A DNA stretch of 64,000 nt from Tenacibaculum sp. (GCA_042093175.1 JBELFC010000003.1:851-64850); one strand, 5' to 3'. Shown: positions 8,408 to 18,260, numbered from the stretch's first letter. A program made the numbers and translations. The notes: a model not told the origin generated them from the letters alone.

Positions 8408-9250
8408 ATGAAAAGAAGAAAATTCATAAAAAAATCTATTTACAGTACTCTTGGTTTAGGTTTGTTAACAGGTTTGTATACATGGCAAGTAGAGCCATTT
8501 TGGTTAGAGTTTGTAAAGAAAAAAATGCCTATTAAAAACTTGCCTTCAGATTTAGAAGGGAAAACGTTAATGCAAATAAGTGATGTGCATATTGGTAACA
8601 GATTTGATTATCAATATATCATAGATAGTTTTAAAAAAGCGCAAGAATACAATCCTGATTTTGTAGTATATACAGGAGATTATGTTAGTTATGAAAATGA
8701 AGAACAATTTACTCAGTTAGAAACAGTTTTAAAACATGTTGTAAAAGGAAACTTAGGAACCGTTGGAGTATTAGGGAATCATGATTACGGTGATAATTGG
8801 TTAGAACAAAATGTAGCTGATAAAATAACAAGTTTGCTTGAACAATCTGGAGTTACCATTTTAAGTAATACTCATAAAGAAGTAGCTGGTTTAAATTTTA
8901 TAGGATTCGATGACTATTGGGGACTTAATTTTAATCCTGAAAAAGCTATGAGTACTTTTGATATGAATAAGGCTAATGTAGCACTGTGCCATAATCCTGA
9001 TGTATGCGATATAGATATATGGGGAGATTTTAATAGTTGGATACTTTCTGGGCATACTCACGGAGGGCAATGTAAAGCACCTTTTTTACCACCACCTATG
9101 CTTCCTGTTAAAAATAAAAAGTATTCTTCGGGTGAAATTGATTTAGAAGATGGTAGAACTTTGTATATAAATAGAGCAATAGGTCATTTATGGCAAGTGC
9201 GATTTAATGTAAGGCCAGAAATAACTGTTTTTGAGTTAACAAGGGCTTAA
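8408..9250 (+). CDS. Metallophosphoesterase (calcineurin-like) with Tat-like signal
   Basis: MKRRKFIK N-terminus, plus SDVHIG, TGDYV, GNHD and GHTHGG metal-binding motifs. Confidence 0.8.
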   Translation: MKRRKFIKKSIYSTLGLGLLTGLYTWQVEPFWLEFVKKKMPIKNLPSDLEGKTLMQISDVHIGNRFDYQYIIDSFKKAQEYNPDFVVYTGDYVSYENEEQFTQLETVLKHVVKGNLGTVGVLGNHDYGDNWLEQNVADKITSLLEQSGVTILSNTHKEVAGLNFIGFDDYWGLNFNPEKAMSTFDMNKANVALCHNPDVCDIDIWGDFNSWILSGHTHGGQCKAPFLPPPMLPVKNKKYSSGEIDLEDGRTLYINRAIGHLWQVRFNVRPEITVFELTRA

Positions 9251-9304
9251 AAAAGTTGTTTTAAAAATTAGTACATTTACACAAACTCTGCTAAAAACAT
9301 AGAT

Positions 9305-10081
9305 TTGGATTTTATTGATTTTTCTTTTTTAGATGTATTAGATATTATTTTAGTAGCTGCTCTTTTGTATTATATATACAAGTTATTAAAAGGTACAGTA
9401 GCTATAAATATTGTAATAGGGATTGCGTTTATTTTTATAATATGGAAGATGACTCAAGCACTAAATATGGAAATGTTGAGTGGTATTTTAGGTTATTTAT
9501 TATCTGGTGGAGTTATTGCTTTAATTATTGTTTTTCAGCAAGAAATAAGAAAGTTTTTATTAATGATAGGAACTACTAATTTTTCAACTAAAAGAGGTTT
9601 TTTAACTCAGTTGAAATTTTTACAATCTGAAATTAGTTTTGAGGTTGATACAGAAGTAATTTTAAAGGCTTGTGTTAACTTATCAAAAACGAAAACAGGA
9701 GCATTAATTGTAATTGAAAGAACTAATAATTTAGATTTTTTAGTAAGTACAGGTGATAAAATGAACGCTTTAGTTAATGAAGCAATTCTTGAAAGTATTT
9801 TTTATAAAAACAGCCCTTTACATGATGGTGCTACAATAATTAGAGATAATTATGTGGTGGCAACTCGTGTAGTTTTACCAATTTCTGATAATTCTCAAAT
9901 ACCTTCTCGTTTTGGGTTACGTCATAGAGCAGCAATAGGCGTTTCAGAGAAAACGGATGCTATTTGCTTGTTAGTTTCTGAAGAAACAGGGGAAATTTCG
10001 TATATAAAAGATGGTGGTTTTGATTTATATAATAGTTTAGAAGAACTATCAAAGAAACTCCAAAAAGATGTGATGGAATAA
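9305..10081 (+). CDS. cdaA: Diadenylate cyclase (c-di-AMP synthase)
   Basis: Three N-terminal TM segments and a DAC domain (LHDGATII, RHRAAIGVSEKTDAICLLVSEETGEIS). Apparent TTG start. Confidence 0.85.
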   Translation: MDFIDFSFLDVLDIILVAALLYYIYKLLKGTVAINIVIGIAFIFIIWKMTQALNMEMLSGILGYLLSGGVIALIIVFQQEIRKFLLMIGTTNFSTKRGFLTQLKFLQSEISFEVDTEVILKACVNLSKTKTGALIVIERTNNLDFLVSTGDKMNALVNEAILESIFYKNSPLHDGATIIRDNYVVATRVVLPISDNSQIPSRFGLRHRAAIGVSEKTDAICLLVSEETGEISYIKDGGFDLYNSLEELSKKLQKDVME

Positions 10082-10113
10082 AAAAAGATTCTTCGAAATG
10101 AAGAACCTTTTTT
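10082..10113. terminator. Probable bidirectional terminator
   Basis: An imperfect 8-bp stem (gattcttc/gaagaacc), flanked by an A-run and a T-run, between convergent genes. Confidence 0.5.
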
Positions 10114-10137
10114 ATAACTAAATATAGTTAAATATGT

Positions 10138-10584
10138 TTATTTAGCTGGAGCCATTTTTGATTGAATAGCACTCATAACGCTGTTAAATTTCTTAACACC
10201 ATCAGCATCTAAAGTTTTTACTAATTCAGCACCTTTAGTAGCTAATTCAACACCTTTAGTAGCTAATTTAGAACTTTTAAGAACATCACCTTTAGCAGCA
10301 ATATAATCTTTAGCATAAGTAGCGTAATCTTTTAAATGTTGCTCTACTTTTTCGTTATCAAAACTAGGAATAGAAATACCTTCTAAAGCAGATTGTACAG
10401 CTTCAGCAGCTTTATCAACAGTTTCTTCAGCTTTTTCAACTACTTTAGTAGCAGCTTCTTTTGTAGCTTCAGTAACTTTTTCAGTTGCCTCTACAGTTGC
10501 TTCTTTTGCTTCCTCTTTTGCTTTTTTACATGAAGTTGCTAATAATGAAGCAACAACAAACGCAGATAAAATTACTTTTTTCAT
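10138..10584 (-). CDS. Helical A/K/E-rich lipoprotein, unknown function
   Basis: Lipobox LLATSCKK, with low-complexity helical repeats (ATKGVELATKGAEL). Confidence 0.6.
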   Translation of the reverse strand: MKKVILSAFVVASLLATSCKKAKEEAKEATVEATEKVTEATKEAATKVVEKAEETVDKAAEAVQSALEGISIPSFDNEKVEQHLKDYATYAKDYIAAKGDVLKSSKLATKGVELATKGAELVKTLDADGVKKFNSVMSAIQSKMAPAK

Positions 10585-10650
10585 CTTTTTATGATTTTTA
10601 GTTTTTAAGATTGAGTAACAAATGTAACATTTTGAATTTTGTAATCAAAC

Positions 10651-12417
10651 TTATTCAACGCTTTCATCACTAAATTGTTTATCATAAAGGTTTCTATAAA
10701 AACCATCTTTTTTCTGTAATAAATTTTTGTGGCTACCTTGCTCTACAATAAGGCCTTTATCCATTACAATTATTGTGTCTGCTTTTTGGATAGTTGCTAG
10801 TCGATGTGCTATAACAATAGAAGTTCTATTTTTTGTAATTAAATCAGTTGCATGCTGAATCATTTGTTCAGAATGTGAGTCTACTGATGAAGTAGCCTCA
10901 TCCAAGATTAAAATACTAGGTTTACTAACATAAGCTCTTAAAAATGCAATTAATTGGCGTTGCCCAGAAGATAGCATAGCTCCTCTTTCTTTTACATTAT
11001 AACTGTATCCATTAGGAAGACTCATAATAAAATCATGAATACCAATTCGTTTTGCAGCGGCGATTACTTCTTCACTGGAAATAGTAGTATCATTTAAAGT
11101 AATATTGTTATGAATTGTATCTGAAAATAAAAAAACATCTTGTAAAACAATAGCCACTTTTTTTCTTAATGAACTAACATTATATTCTTCAACAGGAATA
11201 GAGTCTACAGAGATTTTTCCACTATCAATTTCATAAAATCTACTTATTAAATTAATAATAGTTGATTTTCCAGCACCAGTAGCACCAACAATAGCTACAG
11301 TTTCCCCTTTTTTAACATCAAAACTAATTCCTTTTAACACTTCTTCCCCTTTAATGTAGCTAAAATGCACATCATTAAAAGTTATATTTCCTTCCAAATT
11401 AGTAGCTTCAATAGTTCCTTTTTTATCAATAGAACTTTCAGTGTCTATTACTGCGAAAACTCTTTCACCAGATACAATCCCCATTTGTAATTGGTTAAAT
11501 TTATCGGCAATTTGACGCAAAGGGCGAAATAGCATTTGTGCCATTTTTATAAATCCAATAATAGCACCAACAGTTACTGTGCTGTTTTCTACAACCTGAA
11601 AACCTCCATACCAAACAATTAAGCCTATAGCGATAGATGATAAAATTTCAGCAATAGGAAAGAATATTGAATAATACCATACTGTTTTTATATGCGCTTT
11701 TTTGTGTTTATCATTAATATCAACAAAGTTTTTATATTCTATTTTTTCACGATTGAAAAGCTGAACAATTTTCATACCTGTTACCCTTTCTTGTACAAAA
11801 CCATTTAGGTTAGCAACTTGATTTCTAACATCTTGGAAGGTTGCTTTTATTGCAATTTGAAAAAGCTTAGTAGCGTAAATTAAAATTGGTAAAACAGCAA
11901 GAGCTATAAGTGCTAATTTCCAATTAATAACTAGCATAACAACAATTACAACAAGCATTTTTAAAATATCACTCACAATCATAAAAACACCTTGTGTAAA
12001 AAAATTGGCTATAGTTTCAATATCTGAAACTACTCTGGTAACCAGTCTACCAACCGAAGTTGTGTCAAAATAACTCATTTTGAAGCCCATTATTTTTTTA
12101 AAAACGGTAGCTCTTATGTCTCTAATAATGTGTTGTCCAACCCAGTTAGCATAGTATATAAACAAGAATTGCAAGGCAACTTGAATTAATAAAATAACTA
12201 ACATTATTACTGTGTAGTTCAGTAACTGATTAAGGTTTTTTGTGGTTGTAAAATCGTTAACAGCATGCATTAAAACATACGGACTTGCCGCTGATGCAAT
12301 AGCTAACAATATTGTTGAAATTACAGCTGTACCAAATTTTAATCGGTACTGTTTTGCAAAACTCATTAGTCTTACAAAAATTTTTAGATCAAATGCTTTT
12401 CCTGATTCTGTGCTCAC
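10651..12417 (-). CDS. ABC exporter, fused permease/ATPase (MsbA/MdlB-like)
   Basis: Six-TM ABC_membrane domain followed by Walker A GATGAGKST, signature LSSGQRQ and Walker B ILILDEATS. Confidence 0.9.
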   Translation of the reverse strand: MSTESGKAFDLKIFVRLMSFAKQYRLKFGTAVISTILLAIASAASPYVLMHAVNDFTTTKNLNQLLNYTVIMLVILLIQVALQFLFIYYANWVGQHIIRDIRATVFKKIMGFKMSYFDTTSVGRLVTRVVSDIETIANFFTQGVFMIVSDILKMLVVIVVMLVINWKLALIALAVLPILIYATKLFQIAIKATFQDVRNQVANLNGFVQERVTGMKIVQLFNREKIEYKNFVDINDKHKKAHIKTVWYYSIFFPIAEILSSIAIGLIVWYGGFQVVENSTVTVGAIIGFIKMAQMLFRPLRQIADKFNQLQMGIVSGERVFAVIDTESSIDKKGTIEATNLEGNITFNDVHFSYIKGEEVLKGISFDVKKGETVAIVGATGAGKSTIINLISRFYEIDSGKISVDSIPVEEYNVSSLRKKVAIVLQDVFLFSDTIHNNITLNDTTISSEEVIAAAKRIGIHDFIMSLPNGYSYNVKERGAMLSSGQRQLIAFLRAYVSKPSILILDEATSSVDSHSEQMIQHATDLITKNRTSIVIAHRLATIQKADTIIVMDKGLIVEQGSHKNLLQKKDGFYRNLYDKQFSDESVE

Positions 12418-13157
12418 TATATATAATTATATGCTACGTTTGTTAAAAATAATCCTTTTGCAGGCACTGAAAGCCCTGCATTACTTCTGTTTTTACTCTC
12501 AATAATTTTTTTAAAATCATTAACTGATATTTTACCCATTCCAACATCTAATAAAGTTCCTACTATTGCACGTACCATATTTCTTAAAAACCGATTGGCA
12601 GTGATATGAAAGGTTAATTCATTTTGATTAAGTATCCATTCAGCATTACTTATTTCACAAATAAAAGTATGAACATCTGTTTTTACTTTTGAGAAGCATT
12701 CAAAGTCTTCATATTCAAGTAATATCAAAGCTGCTTCATTCATAATTTCAATATTAATATTTTTGTATTTATGATGAAGTTGCCAAGTAGTATCTAATAA
12801 AAAAGGGTTTCTACCTAACCAAATTTTATATTCATAACTTCTACTAATTGCATCAAATCTTACATGAGCATCTTCTGCAACAGCTATGGTATTGTATATA
12901 ACAATATCATTAGGTAAAACAACATTTAATTTATAGGTAAAATTAGCATCAATAATTTTAGATGTATCAAAATGAGCATACATTTGTGAGGCATGAACAC
13001 CAGCATCTGTTCTACCTGCACCTACAACAGCAATATTACTTTGCAAAATTTTATTAATAGCGTTATTAATTTCTTCTTGTACGCTTATAGCATCTGGTTG
13101 AATTTGCCAGCCATGGTAGTTTTTTCCATTGTATGAAAGCTCAATAAAATACCTCAA
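12417..13157 (-). CDS. truA: tRNA pseudouridine(38-40) synthase
   Basis: GAGRTDAGVHA catalytic motif and RFLRNMVR motif. 246 aa. Confidence 0.9.
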   Translation of the reverse strand: MRYFIELSYNGKNYHGWQIQPDAISVQEEINNAINKILQSNIAVVGAGRTDAGVHASQMYAHFDTSKIIDANFTYKLNVVLPNDIVIYNTIAVAEDAHVRFDAISRSYEYKIWLGRNPFLLDTTWQLHHKYKNINIEIMNEAALILLEYEDFECFSKVKTDVHTFICEISNAEWILNQNELTFHITANRFLRNMVRAIVGTLLDVGMGKISVNDFKKIIESKNRSNAGLSVPAKGLFLTNVAYNYI

Positions 13158-13327
13158 AAAAATAATGTTTTAAATAGCTAAATTATGGAATTTTAACCGC
13201 ATGATTTAGAAAAAGGAAAAGTTAATTTAAATAAGAATATTGATAAATTATATTAATCATAAAAATATATGTTAAAATATATGTTTTTATGATGTTGATA
13301 TGGTTTTTTTTTAGTATCTTTAGGGTA

Positions 13328-13411
13328 TAAGACAATAAGTCCCCCCGTAAGTCTGACCCCTTAAGATATTGAACCCGCAATATATCATTTATATTGCGGG
13401 TTTACTTTTTT
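13328..13411 (+). ncRNA. Candidate small RNA or cis-acting leader (hairpin with C6 loop plus strong terminator)
   Basis: A near-consensus -7 box TATCTTTA (13315-13322) is followed by hairpin GGGT..AGAC[..CCCCCC..]GTCT.ACCC (13323-13359). Next comes a 12-bp stem aacccgcaatat/atattgcgggtt (13372-13402) with a T-run, 20 nt before the ATG at 13431. Confidence 0.25.
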
Positions 13412-13430
13412 AATAATAAATTGCGCGATT

Positions 13431-13925
13431 ATGAAAAAAGTCCTATTGTTATCAGATACCCATAGTTTTATTGATGAGCAAATACTGAAATTTGTAAAGC
13501 AGGCCGATGAAGTTTGGCATGCTGGTGATATCGGTAATTTAGAGGTTACAGATACTTTAAAAAAGTACAAACCTTTAAGGGCTGTTTATGGAAACATTGA
13601 TGATAAAGATGCCAGAGCTGAATTTCCGTTAGATGCTAAGTTTATGGTTGAAGGAGTATCTGTTTGGATAACACATATAGGTGGTTACCCGAATAAATAT
13701 AATCAAAGAGTTAGAGAGGCTTTAAAAAATGACCCTCCTAAATTATTTATATGTGGTCATTCTCATATTTTAAAAGTTCAGTTTGATAAAAAACTGAACT
13801 TACTACATTTAAATCCAGGGGCAGCTGGTAAACACGGATTTCATCAAGTACGAACTATGTTACGATTTGAATTAGAAAAAGGGGATATAAAAAATTTAGA
13901 AATTGTTGAGTTAGCTAAGCGGTAA
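13431..13925 (+). CDS. YfcE/MJ0936-family metallophosphoesterase
   Basis: LLLSDTHS, HAGDIG, GNID and CGHSH motifs. 164 aa. Confidence 0.8.
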   Translation: MKKVLLLSDTHSFIDEQILKFVKQADEVWHAGDIGNLEVTDTLKKYKPLRAVYGNIDDKDARAEFPLDAKFMVEGVSVWITHIGGYPNKYNQRVREALKNDPPKLFICGHSHILKVQFDKKLNLLHLNPGAAGKHGFHQVRTMLRFELEKGDIKNLEIVELAKR

Positions 13926-15804
13926 CCAAACTTCTGTTTTTTATAGGAACAGTTATTGTAGCTTTTGTTCCTTTTTCTTTGGCAGATTCTATTAAAAAAT
14001 TTCCATTCATCATTTGAATTCTAGCTTCTATTTGATTTAAGCCTAATCCTGTTTTTATTTTATTGTCTTTATAATTAAAACCAATACCATCGTCTTCAAT
14101 TAAAACAGAAAGAAATCCATTTTTATCTTCTAAAACAATATGAGCATTACTGGCTTTACTATGTTTTAAAATATTATTAATCAATTCATGAATAACATTG
14201 TATAGTTTTATTTCAAATTCTTGATTATACCTACTAATGTTACTAATATTTGTATGAAAATGAAGTTCAGAATTTGAATATTTACTACCAATATCTTTTA
14301 TGGCATATCCTAAACCAAATTTTAAAAGAATAGACGAAACTAAATTATGAGAAAGATCTCTAACTTTTTGTGACGCTTCTAAAATAATCTGTTGTGTTTT
14401 TTCTAATTCAACAGGAGTATTACCGTTAAATTGTTTTTTTGTAGCACGTAAATGCATGTTGGCAGAAGAAAGTAAAGCACTTACACTGTCGTGTAAAGTT
14501 TCTGCAATTTGTTTTCGCTCAGTTTCTTTACCATCTATGGTAGCATTTAGAATTTTAATTTGTGATTCTGACTTAATACGGTCAATGTTTTGTTCTTCTA
14601 TTAATTTATTTTGAGATATTTTTAATTGTAAGTTATTTTGACGTAGTCTATAATTATAAATAACAACACCAGAAATAATTAAACCAAGAATACTTAAAAT
14701 ACTTACTAGTAAAGTTGATTTATCTTGCTGAGTTTTTAATAATTCAGTTTGACTTTTGATTAATTCTATTTTTTGTTGATTAAGGTTTTGATTATGTTCG
14801 TTTTCTAGTTTCTTTATTAATCTTTTCCAATCTTTTTCTCTTAAATTATCTTCTAGTTCATAGGAAGTTTCCAAATTATCATACGCTTCAATCTCACCAA
14901 GTTTTCTCATAGCCCAAGCTAAATTTGAAAAAAGAGTTGCTTTTAGTTTGAATGTTTTAAATCTCTTATCCTTATTTATAGTTTCTATTGCTTTTATATA
15001 AGTTTTTTTTGCATCAGAGAAATTTCCAGTCAATAGGGATATATTACCAAGGTTGTTTAAAGAATAAGCAAGTTTTATTGGATCATTTCTTTTTTTATGA
15101 ATGTTAACAGCTTTTAAAGCAAACTTTTTTGAAGCTAGATAAGAAGAGTCCAATTGATATAGCCCAGAAAGGTTAGTATAAGACATAGCTTTGTATTTCT
15201 GAATTTGATCATTAAAGTCAGAAATTAAATCTATTTTTTTGAAGAAAAAAACAGCACTGTCTTTGTATTTTGAAGAGCTTTTGTTGTGACCGTATTTTAA
15301 ATTTGTTTTTTTTTCTAATGAGCTTTTTAGATTTATGTATTCTCTAAGATAAGCACTACCTAAACGAAGATATATTTTAGCAAAATAATGACTTGGCATT
15401 ACTTCTTGACTACTATCTATATTGTTGTTAGCTGACTTATTTAGATATTTTAATCCTTGTTGATAAAAAATAAGAGCCTTTTTGTTTTCATATGTTTTGT
15501 CATAAATATCGGCAATTAATTCAGAAGACAGATACGCATATTGATGATTATTTTCTTTTTTCGACTTTTCATAAATTTTATAAGCTCCTTTTAAGGCTTG
15601 TAAGTAGTTTTCGTTTTTGAATTTTAAATAAGCTGTGCTGTATAATTTATCAATAGAAGTGGAATCTGATAACTGAGAAAAATCAAGAATAGTCTTATTG
15701 TTTAATAAGGATATTCTTGATTTTTTATTTATAGAATGAATATTATTAATTATTATTATAGAAAAAGTAAATAATAATAATTTAATTGTTTTTTGTTTGA
15801 TCAT
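13915..15804 (-). CDS. TPR-repeat sensor histidine kinase (HisKA_3/NarX-type)
   Basis: Signal or TM segment, about 300 aa of TPR-like repeats, a TM helix, a coiled coil, an H-box ERKQIAETLHDSV and a HATPase_c domain (DDGIGF, GLGLNQIEARI). Confidence 0.85.
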   Translation of the reverse strand: MIKQKTIKLLLFTFSIIIINNIHSINKKSRISLLNNKTILDFSQLSDSTSIDKLYSTAYLKFKNENYLQALKGAYKIYEKSKKENNHQYAYLSSELIADIYDKTYENKKALIFYQQGLKYLNKSANNNIDSSQEVMPSHYFAKIYLRLGSAYLREYINLKSSLEKKTNLKYGHNKSSSKYKDSAVFFFKKIDLISDFNDQIQKYKAMSYTNLSGLYQLDSSYLASKKFALKAVNIHKKRNDPIKLAYSLNNLGNISLLTGNFSDAKKTYIKAIETINKDKRFKTFKLKATLFSNLAWAMRKLGEIEAYDNLETSYELEDNLREKDWKRLIKKLENEHNQNLNQQKIELIKSQTELLKTQQDKSTLLVSILSILGLIISGVVIYNYRLRQNNLQLKISQNKLIEEQNIDRIKSESQIKILNATIDGKETERKQIAETLHDSVSALLSSANMHLRATKKQFNGNTPVELEKTQQIILEASQKVRDLSHNLVSSILLKFGLGYAIKDIGSKYSNSELHFHTNISNISRYNQEFEIKLYNVIHELINNILKHSKASNAHIVLEDKNGFLSVLIEDDGIGFNYKDNKIKTGLGLNQIEARIQMMNGNFLIESAKEKGTKATITVPIKNRSLVTA

Positions 15805-15834
15805 TTACTTATTATAAAAATTCAAAAATAATGT

Positions 15835-16515
15835 TTAAATCATATCATTTCCATTATCTATAACAATTTGAGGCTTTTTACCTGCTAATTCCATTTGTTG
15901 TTCTGATCTAGCAGAGTGCTTGTGGTTAACAAAATCAATTTTTAAAACATTACTCTGAGGTACTTCTATAGTTCTAGAGAAATTTTGACTTTTAGTTAAA
16001 CCACTTGATAAATGTACCTCATAAATTTCTTTAGTCTCATTATAAATAAATTCAGTTTGTACATTTTCATTTACTTGAAAATCAAGAGTAAAAGTACCGT
16101 CTTCATTTTTAGTAACACTATAATTATTTAAAAACTCAGTAACTCCTTTTTTAGCAAAGGTAATGTTTTCATCTTCAACAGTAATCTGTGTTTTTTTACC
16201 ATTATTTTCTTCTAAAAAACCAATTTTTAAAAGGTCATTTTCAAGGTTGAAGTTATTACTGTGTTTTTGTGCTTGTTTTTGTATAGCTTCTGATAATACT
16301 ATTTCATTAGATTTATCAGAGTTTTTAAAGGTGTTAACTTCTGTGTTTTCTTTTACATCAAAATCTAAAGAATACTTACCAAAAGCATCTCTTTTTAAAG
16401 TATATGATTTTAATTTTGTTTCGTTTTTTTGCAATAATTCAGCGTCATTTTCAGTAGATGAACATGATGCAAAAATAAGAGTAAGAGCTAGGAAAAGTGG
16501 GGTAATTTTATTCAT
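15835..16515 (-). CDS. Lipoprotein with internal duplication, unknown function
   Basis: Lipobox IFASCSS. Two roughly 90-aa repeats (YTLKRDAFGKYSLDFDVKEN / YSVTKNEDGTFTLDFQVNEN). Confidence 0.65.
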   Translation of the reverse strand: MNKITPLFLALTLIFASCSSTENDAELLQKNETKLKSYTLKRDAFGKYSLDFDVKENTEVNTFKNSDKSNEIVLSEAIQKQAQKHSNNFNLENDLLKIGFLEENNGKKTQITVEDENITFAKKGVTEFLNNYSVTKNEDGTFTLDFQVNENVQTEFIYNETKEIYEVHLSSGLTKSQNFSRTIEVPQSNVLKIDFVNHKHSARSEQQMELAGKKPQIVIDNGNDMI

Positions 16516-16801
16516 GCTTGCATTTTTTAAGGTTAATGATTTAAGGAAATTTATTTAAGAGTTTAATTTTAAAAAAAGGCGACGTACTTAGTATAGATTA
16601 ATGGAGATACGGGGGACGTTCTCATAAATTAGGGGATAAAGAAAACAAAATGAAGGGGTTTTCTAAACTATGTTATATAATAACACGTACATCGCCAGAT
16701 ATATTATTGGTTGTTGTAGTTTTTAGCGACGTAATTAATTAGGAATTTATAGGTTTTGGGGGAGTTTTCTTTGGGGGCAAAGAAAAAATAGAATGAAAGG
16801 A

Positions 16802-17455
16802 TTATACTATATTGTTCCTAACTGCATACATCGCTAAACCTACTACATTTTTCACTTTTAGTTTTTTATATAGGCTTCTGCGATATGTTTCAACAGTTTT
16901 TACACTTATTCTTAACTTATCGGCTATTTCAGATGAACTTTTTTCTTGGGCAATCAATGTTAATACTTCTAACTCTCGTTCAGTTAGATCTTTGTGAGAT
17001 TCCTCTCGTTTAATTTTATTTTTTGAACCGGTAACATATAAATTAAAAAGTTTGCTTTTAATGTCTTCATTAAAATATTGCAACCCTTTATTTACTGCTC
17101 TAATAGCGTCTACAATATGCTCGCTAGCAGAACTTTTTTCTAAGAAACCATTAGCGCCCAATACAATCATTTCTTGTACAAGCTTTGGATCACTTAAGCT
17201 AGATAAAATAATTGTTTTAATTTTTGTGTCACGTTGTTGAAACGTTTTTAAAACATCTATTCCATCCATCTCTGGCATATTAATATCTAATATCAATATA
17301 TCAGCAGTGTTTTTCTTAGACCAGTTTATAACTTCTCTTCCTGTTAAAGAAAAGCCTTCGACTTCAATGTCATCTTCGATATTTATTAGCGCTATCACTC
17401 CTTCTATAAGGATCTTATGATCATCGGCTATATGAACTTTAATCTTGTAACTCAT
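16802..17455 (-). CDS. NarL/LuxR-family response regulator
   Basis: REC domain (DDH...DINMPEMDG) plus a C-terminal LuxR HTH (LTERELEVLTLIAQEKSSSEIADKL). Confidence 0.9.
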   Translation of the reverse strand: MSYKIKVHIADDHKILIEGVIALINIEDDIEVEGFSLTGREVINWSKKNTADILILDINMPEMDGIDVLKTFQQRDTKIKTIILSSLSDPKLVQEMIVLGANGFLEKSSASEHIVDAIRAVNKGLQYFNEDIKSKLFNLYVTGSKNKIKREESHKDLTERELEVLTLIAQEKSSSEIADKLRISVKTVETYRRSLYKKLKVKNVVGLAMYAVRNNIV

Positions 17456-17471
17456 TTGTTGTTTACGTTTA

Positions 17472-17502
17472 CAAATTTATGGGAGAAGCAGAGTTCTCAC
17501 AA
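17472..17502 (-). promoter_or_regulatory. Candidate promoter of the response-regulator gene, with an embedded inverted repeat
   Basis: On the minus strand: TTG (17500-17502), N20, TAAATTTG (17472-17479, a perfect TAnnTTTG). GAGAA-N6-TTCTC (17483-17498) lies in the spacer. Confidence 0.4.
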
Positions 17503-17759
17503 TACTCAATACCCCTAAACGGTGTTTCAGGGTTTTTACTAGTTGCATCAGGGTAAACCCTTAGATGTGTTTTAACATTTGAAGGTTAATTTGTTGTTTT
17601 TTAAGTGTTTGCATAGTTTTTTAGCTTTGTTTTTTATACAAGTTTAACTAAAAATATGTATCAAAAAGCATTTAAAATTATAAATTTTATTATTCTTATT
17701 AAAGAAACTTTTAGTTTAAAACTAAAAAAGAGAAAAAGTTATATGCTTGAAGAAAAAAG

Positions 17760-17792
17760 GAAATAAAAAACCGAGAATAAATTCTCGGTTTT
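17760..17792 (-). terminator. Rho-independent terminator after the DUF4293 gene
   Basis: Stem aaaaccgagaat/attctcggtttt, with a U-run on the minus strand. Confidence 0.75.
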
Positions 17793-17822
17793 ATCGCACT
17801 AAAATATACTAAGATGTTAGGC

Positions 17823-18260
17823 TTATCGTAATCTATCAACAGATTTTACGAGATCTTCGTCCTTTTTAATTGCTTTGTTAGCTAAAACTACTAGCAAAAT
17901 AACAATAACAGGTAAGAACATCCCAATACCTTTCTCAGAAACAGTATTTTCTCCAGGTAATGTTAGCGATAAATAAATCAATAATCCTAATAAAAAAAGG
18001 TTTGTCAACATATTTAATCTGCCTAATACAAATTGTAACTGTCTATTTTTAAATAAAAATATAGTAGCAATTGATATTATAGCAGAGATGAAAAATAATA
18101 CAGGAACTATTTTTTGAGAAATAGAATCACTACTAAATAAGTCTATTATATATATAGGTGTATTTTCTTTTGCTTGTATCCATAAATTAACTAATAAAGT
18201 TAATCCACCAGAAATAGCACCTGCTAATAAAAGATATATTGATTGTATTCTTTGTATCAT
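17823..18260 (-). CDS. DUF4293-family membrane protein
   Basis: MIQRIQSIYLLLA N-terminus and four TM segments. Placement divergent from rho is typical of Flavobacteriia. Confidence 0.7.
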   Translation of the reverse strand: MIQRIQSIYLLLAGAISGGLTLLVNLWIQAKENTPIYIIDLFSSDSISQKIVPVLFFISAIISIATIFLFKNRQLQFVLGRLNMLTNLFLLGLLIYLSLTLPGENTVSEKGIGMFLPVIVILLVVLANKAIKKDEDLVKSVDRLR

